Both the position numbers and the translations under genes were made by a program. The notes beneath the pieces are model-generated. The model searched no databases. It saw only the letters and a program-made list of their open reading frames with translations, and was not told where the DNA came from. A stretch of DNA of 64,000 nucleotides from an uncultured Pelagibacteraceae bacterium (GTDB lineage Bacteria > Pseudomonadota > Alphaproteobacteria > Pelagibacterales > AG-422-B15): contig CACNXQ010000001.1 of NCBI GenBank assembly GCA_902624455.1, forward strand, positions 333,828-397,827, read 5' to 3'. Shown here piece after piece: positions 45,866 to 55,891 of the stretch. Each line of letters begins with the position of its first letter. Within the stretch, counting starts at the first letter, position 1.

Positions 45866-46644
45866 ATCTCAGATAATAGTTTATCGTGTATAATAAAGTT
45901 TGAAGCAACTATTTCTCCTGACTCGAGATAATTATTGCGTCCTTTAAAATCTGTAACCCTTCCTCCAGCCTCTTTCACAATGATTGAGCCAGCTGCAATA
46001 TCTACAAGCTTTAAATTTTTTTCCCAATATCCATCAAATTTACCACTAGCAGTGTACACAAGATCCAGTGATGCAGCTCCCATCCTCCTTATACCAGCAA
46101 CATTTGACATTAATTTTTCTAAACCTGGTAAATAACTTTCATGACCTTGCATGCCTGTATGAGGTATTCCTGTACCAAGCATACACTGATTTAAATTTTC
46201 TTTTTTTGAAACCCTTAATCTTAAGTTATTACAGAACGCACCTTTACCTTTTACTGCCCAATAGAATTCATCAGTTAAGGGCTGATATACTCCACCACAA
46301 ATAATTTCATCATTTTTTTCTAATGCTATTGATATAGCAAAATGTGGAATGCTAAAAATAAAATTAGTTGTTCCGTCCAGTGGGTCAATCAACCATCTTA
46401 TATTTTCGTCTGAATTTTTGATATTGCCGGTTTCCTCTGCGTGAATGTTTATTTTTGGATGCAGGGATGAGAGTTCCCTAATAATTGTATTTTCGGCTTT
46501 AATATCAGCTTTAGAAACAAAATCTGAAACACCCTTTAAAGAAACTTGCAGTTTTTCAACTTCTCCAAAATCTCTTATGAGCGCTACACTTGCCTTTCTC
46601 GATGCTGCAAAAATTGAATTAATAAATGGATCTGAATAGCTCAT
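45862..46644 (-). CDS. suhB: Inositol monophosphatase (SuhB-type)
   Basis: HAEE, WLIDPLDGTTNF, GAASLDLVYTASGKFDGYWE. Confidence 0.85.
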   Translation of the reverse strand: MSYSDPFINSIFAASRKASVALIRDFGEVEKLQVSLKGVSDFVSKADIKAENTIIRELSSLHPKINIHAEETGNIKNSDENIRWLIDPLDGTTNFIFSIPHFAISIALEKNDEIICGGVYQPLTDEFYWAVKGKGAFCNNLRLRVSKKENLNQCMLGTGIPHTGMQGHESYLPGLEKLMSNVAGIRRMGAASLDLVYTASGKFDGYWEKNLKLVDIAAGSIIVKEAGGRVTDFKGRNNYLESGEIVASNFIIHDKLLSEI

Positions 46645-47207
46645 TATTCAGCTCTTTTAGAGTATGAAAGATCCTCAGTATTGATTTCGACTTTTTCCCC
46701 TTGTTGTATAAATGGAGGAACCATTATTCTTATGCCATTTTCTAAAATTGCTGGCTTATTGGATGAAGCAGCAGTCTGGCCTTTAACAACTGCTTCAGTT
46801 TCTTTTATTTCAAAAATCAAAGTTTTAGGAAATTGTATACCAATCGGTTTTTCATTATACATTTCCAAAGTAATTTCATCATTTTCACTTAATAATGGTA
46901 GCTTATCTTCTATAAAATCTTTCTCTAATTCAATTTGTTCATAACTTTGAGAATTCATAAAAACTAATTTTCCTCCTTGATCATAGAGATAAACGTATTT
47001 TTCTTCTTCAACTCTTACCTTCTCAACTTCTTCTGATGCTCTGAAACGTTCATTTAATTTTGAATTATTTTTGATATTTTTCATCTCAACTTGATTAAAT
47101 GCACCTCCTTTTCCAGGTTTAACTGATTGGGATTTAGCAACAACCCATAATTCACCCTTGTGCTCTATGACCATCCCTGGTTTAACTGCATTTCCATTAA
47201 TCTTCAT
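46644..47207 (-). CDS. efp: Elongation factor P
   Basis: VKPGMVIEHKGELWVV, KPGKGGAF, ETEAVVKG..A.S.KPA. 187 aa. Confidence 0.95.
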   Translation of the reverse strand: MKINGNAVKPGMVIEHKGELWVVAKSQSVKPGKGGAFNQVEMKNIKNNSKLNERFRASEEVEKVRVEEEKYVYLYDQGGKLVFMNSQSYEQIELEKDFIEDKLPLLSENDEITLEMYNEKPIGIQFPKTLIFEIKETEAVVKGQTAASSNKPAILENGIRIMVPPFIQQGEKVEINTEDLSYSKRAE

Positions 47208-47209
47208 TA

Positions 47210-48226
47210 TTATTTCGCTTCTAATTTCTCATTCCAATTTCCTTGAGCCGCTTTCATATTCATTAAAGCACGATGATTAAATGCGTTTTGGGCATTCTCA
47301 AGATTGCTATCTTCACCATTCCAGGCTTTCAATGCTGCCTGTTGTAAAGCCCTTCCATAGGAAAAACTCAATTTCCATGGATTGCCTCCAATTTTATTCA
47401 TACAATCCAAGTGAGCAGTTGCATCTATATCTGATTGACCTCCCGACAAAAAAACAATTCCAGGTAATTCATTAGGTACGGTTGCAAGCAAACATTTAAG
47501 AGTTTTTTCTGCAACTTCATTTACTGAAGCTTGGTTCTCATTTGTTGTACCTGAGATAACCATATTGGGTTTTAACAAGGTACCTTCAATATCAATTCCT
47601 TCGGCACTTAAATGACTAAATAAACTTGTCAAGCTCACCTGTGTTACTTCATAACATCGATCAATACTATGGCTACCATCCATTATAACTTCTGGCTCAA
47701 CAATAGGCACCATTCCATTTTTTTGAGCAATAGATGCATACTTTGCAAGTGCATTCATATTTGCATCGATACAGTCTTGGGTAGGAATATGTTCATCAAT
47801 ATTAATTACAGCTCTCCATTTAGTAAATTTTGCTCCAAGAGATGCGTATTCGCGACAACGATCATCAAGGCCTTCTAAACCTTGTGTAAGCTTCTCACCA
47901 TTAACTGTCTTAAAATCAATCAAACCTTGATCAACTTTTATTCCAGGTAATGAGCCCTTTTCTAATATAATTTCTCTTAAGGGTTTTCCGTCGCTAGATA
48001 CTTGTTTTATAGTCTCATCAAAAAGAATAACTCCACCTATTGCTTCAGACATAGCAGGTGCTCTAAACAACATTTCTCTATATTTTCTTCGATTTTCTTC
48101 AGTTGAATCAACCCCTATAGATTTAAATCGTTTTTCAATAGTGCCAGTACTTTCATCAGCAGCTAAAATTCCTTTTCCATCAGCAACAATATAGTTTGCT
48201 ATATCTTTCAGTGTATTAGGTATCAT
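47210..48226 (-). CDS. fba: Fructose-bisphosphate aldolase, class I
   Basis: GKGILAADESTGTIEKRF, GIKVDQG, LLKPNMV (Schiff-base Lys region), FSYGRALQ. Confidence 0.9.
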   Translation of the reverse strand: MIPNTLKDIANYIVADGKGILAADESTGTIEKRFKSIGVDSTEENRRKYREMLFRAPAMSEAIGGVILFDETIKQVSSDGKPLREIILEKGSLPGIKVDQGLIDFKTVNGEKLTQGLEGLDDRCREYASLGAKFTKWRAVINIDEHIPTQDCIDANMNALAKYASIAQKNGMVPIVEPEVIMDGSHSIDRCYEVTQVSLTSLFSHLSAEGIDIEGTLLKPNMVISGTTNENQASVNEVAEKTLKCLLATVPNELPGIVFLSGGQSDIDATAHLDCMNKIGGNPWKLSFSYGRALQQAALKAWNGEDSNLENAQNAFNHRALMNMKAAQGNWNEKLEAK

Positions 48227-48234
48227 ATCATCTC

Positions 48235-49446
48235 CTATTCTAATATGTTTAGAGCAACCAGCCCTGGTAATTTTTTTCCTTCAATTAATTCCAGTAATGC
48301 GCCTCCACCTGTGGAAACATAAGTAAAATCACTTTTAACACCAGCAAGGCTCATCGCAGCTATTGTATCACCACCACCAGCAAATGAATTTATTTTTTTT
48401 TCATGAGTACTCTTAGCTATATATTTAGCAATTTCAATAGTACTTTTATCAAAAGGCTTTTTTTCAAATACCCCTACGGGACCATTCCAAAAAACAGTAG
48501 ATGCCAAATCAATCATAGATTTAATTTTTTTAACAGTTTGTGGTCCAATATCAAGTATCATATGATTGTCTTCGATTTCATTAACGCTAGATATTTTTGT
48601 TTCATCTTTTCGGTCTAACCCAGGCGAAGTTGTTACATCGATAGGCAAAACTAACTCACACTTATTCTGTTTAGCAAAATCAACAATTTCGCTGCATATT
48701 TCTGAAACATCATTCTCCTTAAGAGATTTCTTTATATCAGAACCATAGAATTCTAAAAAATTATTTGCCATACCCCCAGCAATAACAATCGAGTCCATTT
48801 TTTCAGTGAGCTTCTTAAGGACTGTAATTTTTGTGGAGATTTTTGATCCTCCTAAAATAGTAATTGCAGGCTGAGTAGGACTAAACGATGCCTGATTGAG
48901 ATTTAGAAGTTCTTCTTCGAGCATAGTGCCGCAATATGATGGAATATATTTAGTAATTGCATCCACAGATGCATGAGCTCGATGCGAGCAAGCAAACGCA
49001 TCATTAACGTATGCGTCTGCTAAAGATGATAGTTTTTTTGCAAATTCTTGATCGTTATTTTCTTCCTCCTTATAGAATCTACAATTTTCCAGCAGAATAA
49101 CAGAATTTTGGCTAGCTTTTTCTATCTGATCTATCACGCCTTGGCCTATGCAGTCATCGATGAAAATAACTTCATGGTCAAGAGTTTGTGAAATCTGTGG
49201 CAGTATTTTTTTAAGACTTAGATTATCGTCTCTCTTTCCTTTTGGGCGACCTAGATGAGATAAGATAATAATTTTGTTGTTTTTTTTTCTGATTTCATCA
49301 ACTGATCGTTTAATTCGCAGAATACGATCATTAATGATTAATTCTTTTGATTCTTCACTTGTGTTTACTGGCACATTTAAATCAAATCTGATCAATATTT
49401 TTTTATTTTGCTGGTCTAATTTTTTAATACCGTCAAGATTAAGCAT
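48235..49446 (-). CDS. pgk: Phosphoglycerate kinase
   Basis: RFDLNVP, SHLGRPKG, NDAFACSHRAHAS, GGSKISTKI, WNGPVGVFE, GGGDT. Confidence 0.95.
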   Translation of the reverse strand: MLNLDGIKKLDQQNKKILIRFDLNVPVNTSEESKELIINDRILRIKRSVDEIRKKNNKIIILSHLGRPKGKRDDNLSLKKILPQISQTLDHEVIFIDDCIGQGVIDQIEKASQNSVILLENCRFYKEEENNDQEFAKKLSSLADAYVNDAFACSHRAHASVDAITKYIPSYCGTMLEEELLNLNQASFSPTQPAITILGGSKISTKITVLKKLTEKMDSIVIAGGMANNFLEFYGSDIKKSLKENDVSEICSEIVDFAKQNKCELVLPIDVTTSPGLDRKDETKISSVNEIEDNHMILDIGPQTVKKIKSMIDLASTVFWNGPVGVFEKKPFDKSTIEIAKYIAKSTHEKKINSFAGGGDTIAAMSLAGVKSDFTYVSTGGGALLELIEGKKLPGLVALNILE

Positions 49447-50456
49447 TATCGAGCTTTTTTCATAGCAACTGCAGTATCACACATCCTGTTTGAGAAACCC
49501 CACTCATTATCATACCAACTAAGAACTCTCCCAAATGTACTTTCAATTACTTGTGTTTGGGTTAAATCAAAATTTGAAGACGAGGGATTATGATTAAAAT
49601 CAGAAGAAACAAGTGGCTCGGAATTAACGCTCAATATGCCCTTTAATTTTTTTGACTTTGATGCATTTTCCATCAACTTGTTTATTTTTTCAGTTGTCAT
49701 TTTTTTTCTTGCGACAAATTTAAAATCTATGAGAGACACGTTTGGCGTTGGAACTCTTATAGCTGTGCCGTCAAGTTTTCCTGATAATTCTGGCATCACT
49801 AAACCAACTGCTTTAGCAGCACCTGTGGAAGTAGGTATCATCGATAAAGACGCAGCTCTTGCTCTTCTAAGATCAGGGTGAAAGGTATCAAGGACACTTT
49901 GATCACCCGTAAATGCATGTATTGTTGTCATATAACCATGTACGATTGAAAAATTATCATGCAGAACTTTTGCAACAGGCGCTAAGCAGTTTGTAGTACA
50001 GGAAGCATTAGACACCACTAGATCATTTTTACCTAATACATCCTCATTAACACCGTAAACAATAGTTTTATCAGCATCAGAACATGGCGCAGAAACTAAA
50101 ACTTTTTTCGCACCTGCTTTAATATGCATACCTGCCTTATCTTTAGATGTAAATAATCCTGTACATTCTAAGGCAATATCTATCTTTAATTTTTTCCAAG
50201 GTAATTTGGATGGATCTCTTTCAGAATAAACATTGATAGATTTCTTGCCTATTATAATCTTATTCTTACTAACGCCAATTTTTTGTTTCAATGGTCCATG
50301 AACAGTGTCATTGGATAGAAGAAACGCATTTGTTTCAATTGGAGCTAAATCATTAATAGCAACAACATTCACATCTTTTCTTCCACTTTCGATGATTGAT
50401 CTTAATATTAATCTACCTATTCTTCCAAAACCACTAATTGCTACATTTACAGCCAT
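49446..50456 (-). CDS. gap: Glyceraldehyde-3-phosphate dehydrogenase
   Basis: NGFGRIGR-like ISGFGRIGR, SNASCTTNCLAP, WYDNEWGFS. Confidence 0.95.
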   Translation of the reverse strand: MAVNVAISGFGRIGRLILRSIIESGRKDVNVVAINDLAPIETNAFLLSNDTVHGPLKQKIGVSKNKIIIGKKSINVYSERDPSKLPWKKLKIDIALECTGLFTSKDKAGMHIKAGAKKVLVSAPCSDADKTIVYGVNEDVLGKNDLVVSNASCTTNCLAPVAKVLHDNFSIVHGYMTTIHAFTGDQSVLDTFHPDLRRARAASLSMIPTSTGAAKAVGLVMPELSGKLDGTAIRVPTPNVSLIDFKFVARKKMTTEKINKLMENASKSKKLKGILSVNSEPLVSSDFNHNPSSSNFDLTQTQVIESTFGRVLSWYDNEWGFSNRMCDTAVAMKKAR

Positions 50457-50466
50457 TCAAAACTCC

Positions 50467-52464
50467 TTATATTTTATTATTTATCTTTTTTAATATTTTT
50501 TTTGCCGTTAAACCATAAGTCTCATACAATTTTTGGTATGGAGCGCTTGCACCAAATTTTTCAATACTTATATTTATTGCGTTATTTGGGCATACTAAAT
50601 TCCAACCCAGGCCAGAAGCTGCTTCTATTGTAACATTCAGCTTTGATTTTCCATGAATTTTCTTTCTGTAACTTGTTTTCTGTTTTAAAAATAGTTCAAA
50701 ACTTGGAACCGAAATAATTCTAACTTTTTTCTTTTTCTTATTTAAGATTTTCATCATTTCGAGAGCTATTTGCACCTCTGATCCAGAGGCAAAGATGCTA
50801 ATATCAGGCTCATTTGAATTTGAGATTAATTCATATGCACCGAGCTCAGATAAATTTTTACTTTTGTAAACTTTCCTAACAGGTTCTAATTTTTGTCTAG
50901 TTAAAGCTATAACACTTGGTCCTTTCTTATTCGATAATGCTAGTTCCCATGACTCAGCAGTTTCGATAGTATCTGCTGGCCTGAATACATTTACATTAGG
51001 AGTGGCTCTTAATGATGCAAGTTGTTCAATAGGTTGATGAGTTGGGCCATCTTCACCTAATCCAATAGAGTCATGAGTTAAAATATAAATTGCTCTTTGA
51101 TTCATTAGAGCTGAAAGTCTTAATGATGGTTTTAAATAATCAACGAATATTAAAAAAGTCCCACCAAACGGAATAGCACCTCCATGAAGAGCAATGCCAT
51201 TCATTATTGCTGCCATTCCATGCTCTCGGATACCATAATAAATATATTTTCCAGAATGATTACTTTTATCTAGAGGCAGCATTTTAGAACCTTTAGTATT
51301 ATTTGATCCAGTAAGATCTGCTGATCCACCAAGCAACTCTGGCATGTGGGGAGCAATTGCATTAATTACCATTTCAGAAGATTGCCTAGTCGCTGTTGAA
51401 ATTGGGTTATTTATAGAATTTTTCTTAAATTTATTTAATATTTTTTTTAGATCCTTGGGAAGAACTCCATTGATCCTTCGATTATACTCAATCTTTTTTT
51501 TCTTCGATAATTTATCAAAATTTTTTTTCCATTCTGAAAAATCTCCTTTTGATCTTTTTCCTGAAAGAAGCCATTCCTCACTTATATTTTTAGGTATAAC
51601 AAACGGTTTAAAATTCCAGTTAAGCTTTTTACGTGTTAAATTAACTTCATCTATCCCAAGAGGAGAGCCATGTGAAGATGATTTACCTTGTTTATTTGGT
51701 GAACCATAACCAATTTTTGTTTTACAGCTAATTATTGTAGGTTTAGACGATTTTTGTGCTTTCTTTATTGCTTTTTCAATCTCATCGACTTTATGCCCAT
51801 TAATTTTTATGGTGTTCCAATTATATGATTTAAAACGATCAATAGTTTTCTCTGAATTTGAGAGTTTGACAGGACCGTCAATAGAAATTCCATTGTCATC
51901 AAAAAAAACTATCAACTTATTCAGTTTTTGATGACCAGCAAAAGAGGCAGCTTCATGACTTATGCCTTCCATGAGATCTCCATCGCTTGCGACAACATAT
52001 GTGAAGTGATTACACATTTTATTTCCAAATTCATTTGCTAGTAATCTTTCCATTAGGGCCATACCTACAGCATTTCCAAGTCCTTGACCTAATGGACCAG
52101 TAGTAGTTTCGATACCGTTTATGTGACCAAACTCTGGATGACCTGCACATTTACCATTCAGTTGCCTGAAATTTTTAATATCTCTGATAGAAATATCTTT
52201 ATATCCGGTTAAAAATAATAAGGAATAAAGAAGCATTGAACCATGACCTGCAGAAAGTATAAATCTGTCCCGATCATGCCACTTTGGCGAACCCGGATTG
52301 AACTTTAAAAATTTTCTGAACAAAACTGTGGCAACATCAGCCATTCCCATTGGAAGACCTGGATGCCCACTTTTAGCTTTCTCTACGGCATCAATGGAAA
52401 GGAACCTAATAGCATTTGCTAAGTCGTTATGAGTTACTTCTTTTTGATTATTTGAAATTTTCAT
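50467..52464 (-). CDS. tkt: Transketolase
   Basis: GHPGLPMGMADV, RDRFILSAGHGSMLLYS, GPLGQGLGNAVGMA, DGDLMEG, THDSIGLGEDGPTHQPIE. Confidence 0.95.
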   Translation of the reverse strand: MKISNNQKEVTHNDLANAIRFLSIDAVEKAKSGHPGLPMGMADVATVLFRKFLKFNPGSPKWHDRDRFILSAGHGSMLLYSLLFLTGYKDISIRDIKNFRQLNGKCAGHPEFGHINGIETTTGPLGQGLGNAVGMALMERLLANEFGNKMCNHFTYVVASDGDLMEGISHEAASFAGHQKLNKLIVFFDDNGISIDGPVKLSNSEKTIDRFKSYNWNTIKINGHKVDEIEKAIKKAQKSSKPTIISCKTKIGYGSPNKQGKSSSHGSPLGIDEVNLTRKKLNWNFKPFVIPKNISEEWLLSGKRSKGDFSEWKKNFDKLSKKKKIEYNRRINGVLPKDLKKILNKFKKNSINNPISTATRQSSEMVINAIAPHMPELLGGSADLTGSNNTKGSKMLPLDKSNHSGKYIYYGIREHGMAAIMNGIALHGGAIPFGGTFLIFVDYLKPSLRLSALMNQRAIYILTHDSIGLGEDGPTHQPIEQLASLRATPNVNVFRPADTIETAESWELALSNKKGPSVIALTRQKLEPVRKVYKSKNLSELGAYELISNSNEPDISIFASGSEVQIALEMMKILNKKKKKVRIISVPSFELFLKQKTSYRKKIHGKSKLNVTIEAASGLGWNLVCPNNAINISIEKFGASAPYQKLYETYGLTAKKILKKINNKI

Positions 52465-52578
52465 CCAATTTTACCATTGATAAATGCAGGTATTATAAAG
52501 AACACTTTATAAAAGAGTCATAAATTATAATGTCTTAATCTTAAAGTAAAATATACACAGAATTAAATATTTTAAAAG

Positions 52579-52607
52579 TTGACGCATCTCAAAAAACACA
52601 GTTAAAT
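52579..52607 (+). promoter_or_regulatory. Putative sigma-70-type promoter for the zapA operon
   Basis: TTGACG (52579-52584), a 17-nt spacer, then TTAAAT (52602-52607). About 28 nt upstream of the first ORF. Confidence 0.3.
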
Positions 52608-52634
52608 TCTTCCATAAACATTTAGGGGCTATTG

Positions 52635-52898
52635 ATGTCTGTCATAAACGAGGCTAAAGCAAATATTTCATCCACAATTAACGACCTCAATGACGAAATT
52701 AATAGACTTTCAAATAAGCTTCAGCGGTTAGCAGAGCTAGAAATGAAGAATTCTCAATTAACTGAGCAAAATGCTCATCTTGAAAATGAAATTAAGATCT
52801 TAAAGTCCGATTTTATGGAGTTAAAAAATTTTGCTGGAAGTATTTCCTCACAATTAGACGAGAATATCTATACGATAAAGGATATTCTAGATTCTTAA
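52635..52898 (+). CDS. Small coiled-coil protein upstream of zapA (DUF4164/ZapB-like)
   Basis: 87-88 aa and entirely heptad-like (LNDEINRLSNKLQRLAELEMKNSQLTEQNAHLENEIKILK). Its position directly before zapA matches other alphaproteobacteria. A TTG at 52632 is an alternative start. Confidence 0.5.
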   Translation: MSVINEAKANISSTINDLNDEINRLSNKLQRLAELEMKNSQLTEQNAHLENEIKILKSDFMELKNFAGSISSQLDENIYTIKDILDS

Positions 52899-52902
52899 AA
52901 AA

Positions 52903-53265
52903 ATGCCTGAAATTACCGTAAATATCAATGATCAAAATTATGCTATTGTATGTGACCCAGGTGAAGAAAACCATTTAAAACAATTAAGTTCAAAGATCGA
53001 TACTAAAGTAAGAGAGCTCACAGGGCGTTTTGGAAAAATTGGTGAGACGCGTTTAATGGTGATGGCTGCACTCTTAATTGCCGATGAAGTTCAGGATCTC
53101 AATTCAAATCTTGAAAAAGGTATTCAGAAAATAGAAGAATTAGAAACATTACTGAAATCAAAAGACCAAGAATTAGTAAATAATGAAACTGCTAATAAAG
53201 ATTTTGTAAATGAAAGTAATAGCAAATTAAATGATCTTTTGACAAAACTGTCTTCAATTAACTAG
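52903..53265 (+). CDS. zapA: Cell division protein ZapA
   Basis: ITVNINDQNYAIVCDPGEENHL...RLMVMAALLIADE plus a C-terminal coiled coil. Confidence 0.8.
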   Translation: MPEITVNINDQNYAIVCDPGEENHLKQLSSKIDTKVRELTGRFGKIGETRLMVMAALLIADEVQDLNSNLEKGIQKIEELETLLKSKDQELVNNETANKDFVNESNSKLNDLLTKLSSIN

Positions 53266-53288
53266 TCGTTGTAATTCATATTTTACTT

Positions 53289-53855
53289 ATGTCTGAATTT
53301 GAACATAAGAATAGTTACGAAAAAAAAATTATAAGAAAGTTCTTATTAAATCGAAGGTCAGAGCTCTCTAGTTTATTCGAGACTAAGAATAAAGCGCACA
53401 TACATCTGAAACCACTTTTAACAGACCATCAATGTGTTGGGTCTTATGTTAGTTTTAGAAATGAGTTAAATACAGAACTCATTCATGACATGTTAAATAA
53501 TCAAAAACTAACAAAATGCCTACCCTCAATTGATGAAAAAAATAGAAACATGCAATTTAAAAAATATGATGAAGATACTAGTTTTATAGTAAATAAGTAC
53601 GGCATTAAAGAGCCAGATCCTAAAGGTAAAAATATAAAACCTAGCATTATTTTAGTTCCACTTTTAGCGTTTAATGATGATGGATATAGAATTGGATATG
53701 GGGGAGGCTTTTACGATAAATATATAAATAGCAATAAAGATATTACAAAAGTTGGAGTTGGTTTTACTTTTCAAGAGTATAAAAATTTACCAATAGAGCC
53801 TCATGATGAAAAACTTGATTGGATTTTAACAGAAAAATATTTATATAAAGTTTAA
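53289..53855 (+). CDS. 5-formyltetrahydrofolate cyclo-ligase
   Basis: ILVPLLAFNDDGYRIGYGGGFYDKY and D.ILTE-like DWILTEK. Confidence 0.85.
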   Translation: MSEFEHKNSYEKKIIRKFLLNRRSELSSLFETKNKAHIHLKPLLTDHQCVGSYVSFRNELNTELIHDMLNNQKLTKCLPSIDEKNRNMQFKKYDEDTSFIVNKYGIKEPDPKGKNIKPSIILVPLLAFNDDGYRIGYGGGFYDKYINSNKDITKVGVGFTFQEYKNLPIEPHDEKLDWILTEKYLYKV

Positions 53856-54655
53856 TGAGGATAGTTTTTTTAGGAGACATCGTGGGCCGCTCAGGAAGGC
53901 AAGTAGTTAAAGACTATTTGCCAGAAGTAATCGAAAAATATAAACCTGATTTTATCATTGCTAATGGTGAAAATGCTGCTGGAGGATTTGGTATTACAGA
54001 AGAAATATGTAAAGATTTGTATTCCTTTGGAATTGATGTGATCACCACCGGAAACCATGTTTGGGATCAAAAAGGCATTACAGAATATATTGATAAAGAT
54101 CCAAACCTTCTAAAGCCATATAATTTTGCTGAGGGATCTCCTGGTTTAGGTTTTAATATTTATGAGACAAAAAATAAATCTAAAATTGCGGTGATAAATA
54201 TAATGGGAAATTTATTTATGAGATCTTGTGATAATGCTTTTTTTAAAATCGAAGAAGTTTTAGGCCATATAGATAAGCAAAAACCTAATAGTATTTTTCT
54301 TGATTTTCATGCCGAGGCCACAAGTGAAAAAATGGCTATGGGCCATCACTTGGATGGAAGAGTTACAGCTGTTATTGGGACGCATACTCATGTTCCTACT
54401 TCTGATACAATGATACTTGAAAATGGAACAGCGTATCAAACAGATGCTGGCATGTGTGGAGATTACAATTCAGTGATTGGCACAGAAAAAGAGGGTTTTG
54501 TGGGTAAATTTGCAACTCAAGATAATAAAAAAGTAAGGTTAAAACCTGCGATGGGAGAGGGAACTTTATGCGGAGTTGTTATAGATACAAACACAGAAAA
54601 TATTTTAGCAAATAGAATAGAGCAAATTAAATTAGGTGGACAAATAGGATTATGA
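53855..54655 (+). CDS. YmdB/TIGR00282-family metallophosphoesterase
   Basis: MRIVFLGDIVGRSGR, ANGENAAGGFGIT, TTGNHVWD, DFHAEATSEK, GTHTHVPT. Confidence 0.85.
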   Translation: MRIVFLGDIVGRSGRQVVKDYLPEVIEKYKPDFIIANGENAAGGFGITEEICKDLYSFGIDVITTGNHVWDQKGITEYIDKDPNLLKPYNFAEGSPGLGFNIYETKNKSKIAVINIMGNLFMRSCDNAFFKIEEVLGHIDKQKPNSIFLDFHAEATSEKMAMGHHLDGRVTAVIGTHTHVPTSDTMILENGTAYQTDAGMCGDYNSVIGTEKEGFVGKFATQDNKKVRLKPAMGEGTLCGVVIDTNTENILANRIEQIKLGGQIGL

Positions 54656-55405
54656 ATGGCTGGTCATAGCAAGTTTAAAAACATTATGTACCGCAAGGGA
54701 GCTCAAGATAAAAAAAGAGCCAGCTTGTTTTCAAAAATTTCAAAAGAAATAACTGTTGCTGCGAAACTTGGCGCTCCTGATCCAGAACAGAATGCGAGAC
54801 TAAGATCAGCAATTCAATTAGCTAAGGCCAACAGCTTTCCAAAAGATAATATAGAAAGGGCAATTAAAAAATCTTCTGAAAAAGATCATATTAATTATGA
54901 CCAAATGAGATATGAAGGATTTGGTCCAGGTGGTACATCTATTATTGTTGAAGCTCTCACTGATAACAAAAACCGCACAGCCTCTAATGTTAGAACAGCA
55001 TTTCAGAAATTCGGTGGATCTCTTGGTGAAACAGGATCAGTTTCACATGCATTTAGTCATTATGGTTATGTAAGATACGATAAAGAAAGTTTGGAGGTAA
55101 GTGAGGAGGAATTTTTTAATAAAGCAATAGACAGTGGTGCAGATGATTGCTTAATTGATGAAGATTTTTTTGAGGGGTTATGTAAACCAGATGAGTTATC
55201 AAATTTTTATAATCTTCTTCAAAAAGAAATTGGAGAGCCAAATGCTTCGGGGTTTCAATGGAAGCCAACCAGCCAAATAAATATTGAGGGAGAAAAACTT
55301 AAATCTCTTTTTAATTTGCTAAACGAACTTGAAAATGACGAGGATGTTCAACATGTCTACTCAAATTTTGAAGCAAATGAAGATGAAATTAATAATTTAG
55401 CTTAA
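54656..55405 (+). CDS. yebC: YebC/PmpR-family transcriptional regulator
   Basis: MAGHSKFKNIMYRKGAQDKKRA, YEGFGPGG, TDNKNRT. Confidence 0.95.
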   Translation: MAGHSKFKNIMYRKGAQDKKRASLFSKISKEITVAAKLGAPDPEQNARLRSAIQLAKANSFPKDNIERAIKKSSEKDHINYDQMRYEGFGPGGTSIIVEALTDNKNRTASNVRTAFQKFGGSLGETGSVSHAFSHYGYVRYDKESLEVSEEEFFNKAIDSGADDCLIDEDFFEGLCKPDELSNFYNLLQKEIGEPNASGFQWKPTSQINIEGEKLKSLFNLLNELENDEDVQHVYSNFEANEDEINNLA

Positions 55406-55472
55406 CTTATTCCCTTTAAAATAAATGATTTTTATCTATCCTTAAGTTTATCAATAAACTTGATTCGTTTTT

Positions 55473-55853
55473 ATGGCAGGAAGTGCACCAAAGAGAAAAG
55501 GTGATGGGTATGAGCGAGAGCTTGCTAAGTATTTAAATGAAAAAATGTTTGATGGTGATGATAAAGTTCAGAGGATGCCACTTTCGGGAGGTGGCGCTGT
55601 AAAGTCATCGGGCGGCAGTGATTTAAAAAATACACCCCATATTTTTGTAGAAGCAAAGAGGACTGAAAAGTTCAAGATCCACGAGTCAATTAAACAGGCT
55701 GAATTTAATGCAGAATTATCTAAATCAGAAGATACGCCAATCGTAATTACTAGACGGAATAGAGAGTCAACCGGTGAGTCATTGTGTGTTTTAAGGTTAG
55801 ATGATTTTCTAAAATTTTATAAAGCAATGTTAGACTCTAGGAGTGATAACTAG
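55473..55853 (+). CDS. Putative PD-(D/E)xK nuclease resembling archaeal/phage Hjc-type Holliday junction resolvases
   Basis: KRKGDGYERELAKYL (cf. Hjc KG...ERELxxxL), PLSGGG, SDL (Asp), FVEAKR (ExK). 126 aa. Assignment rests on a motif pattern recalled from memory only. Confidence 0.5.
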   Translation: MAGSAPKRKGDGYERELAKYLNEKMFDGDDKVQRMPLSGGGAVKSSGGSDLKNTPHIFVEAKRTEKFKIHESIKQAEFNAELSKSEDTPIVITRRNRESTGESLCVLRLDDFLKFYKAMLDSRSDN

Positions 55854-55891
55854 TGCCCTATTTAAGACATATTAATATCTGAGAAGTAAAT

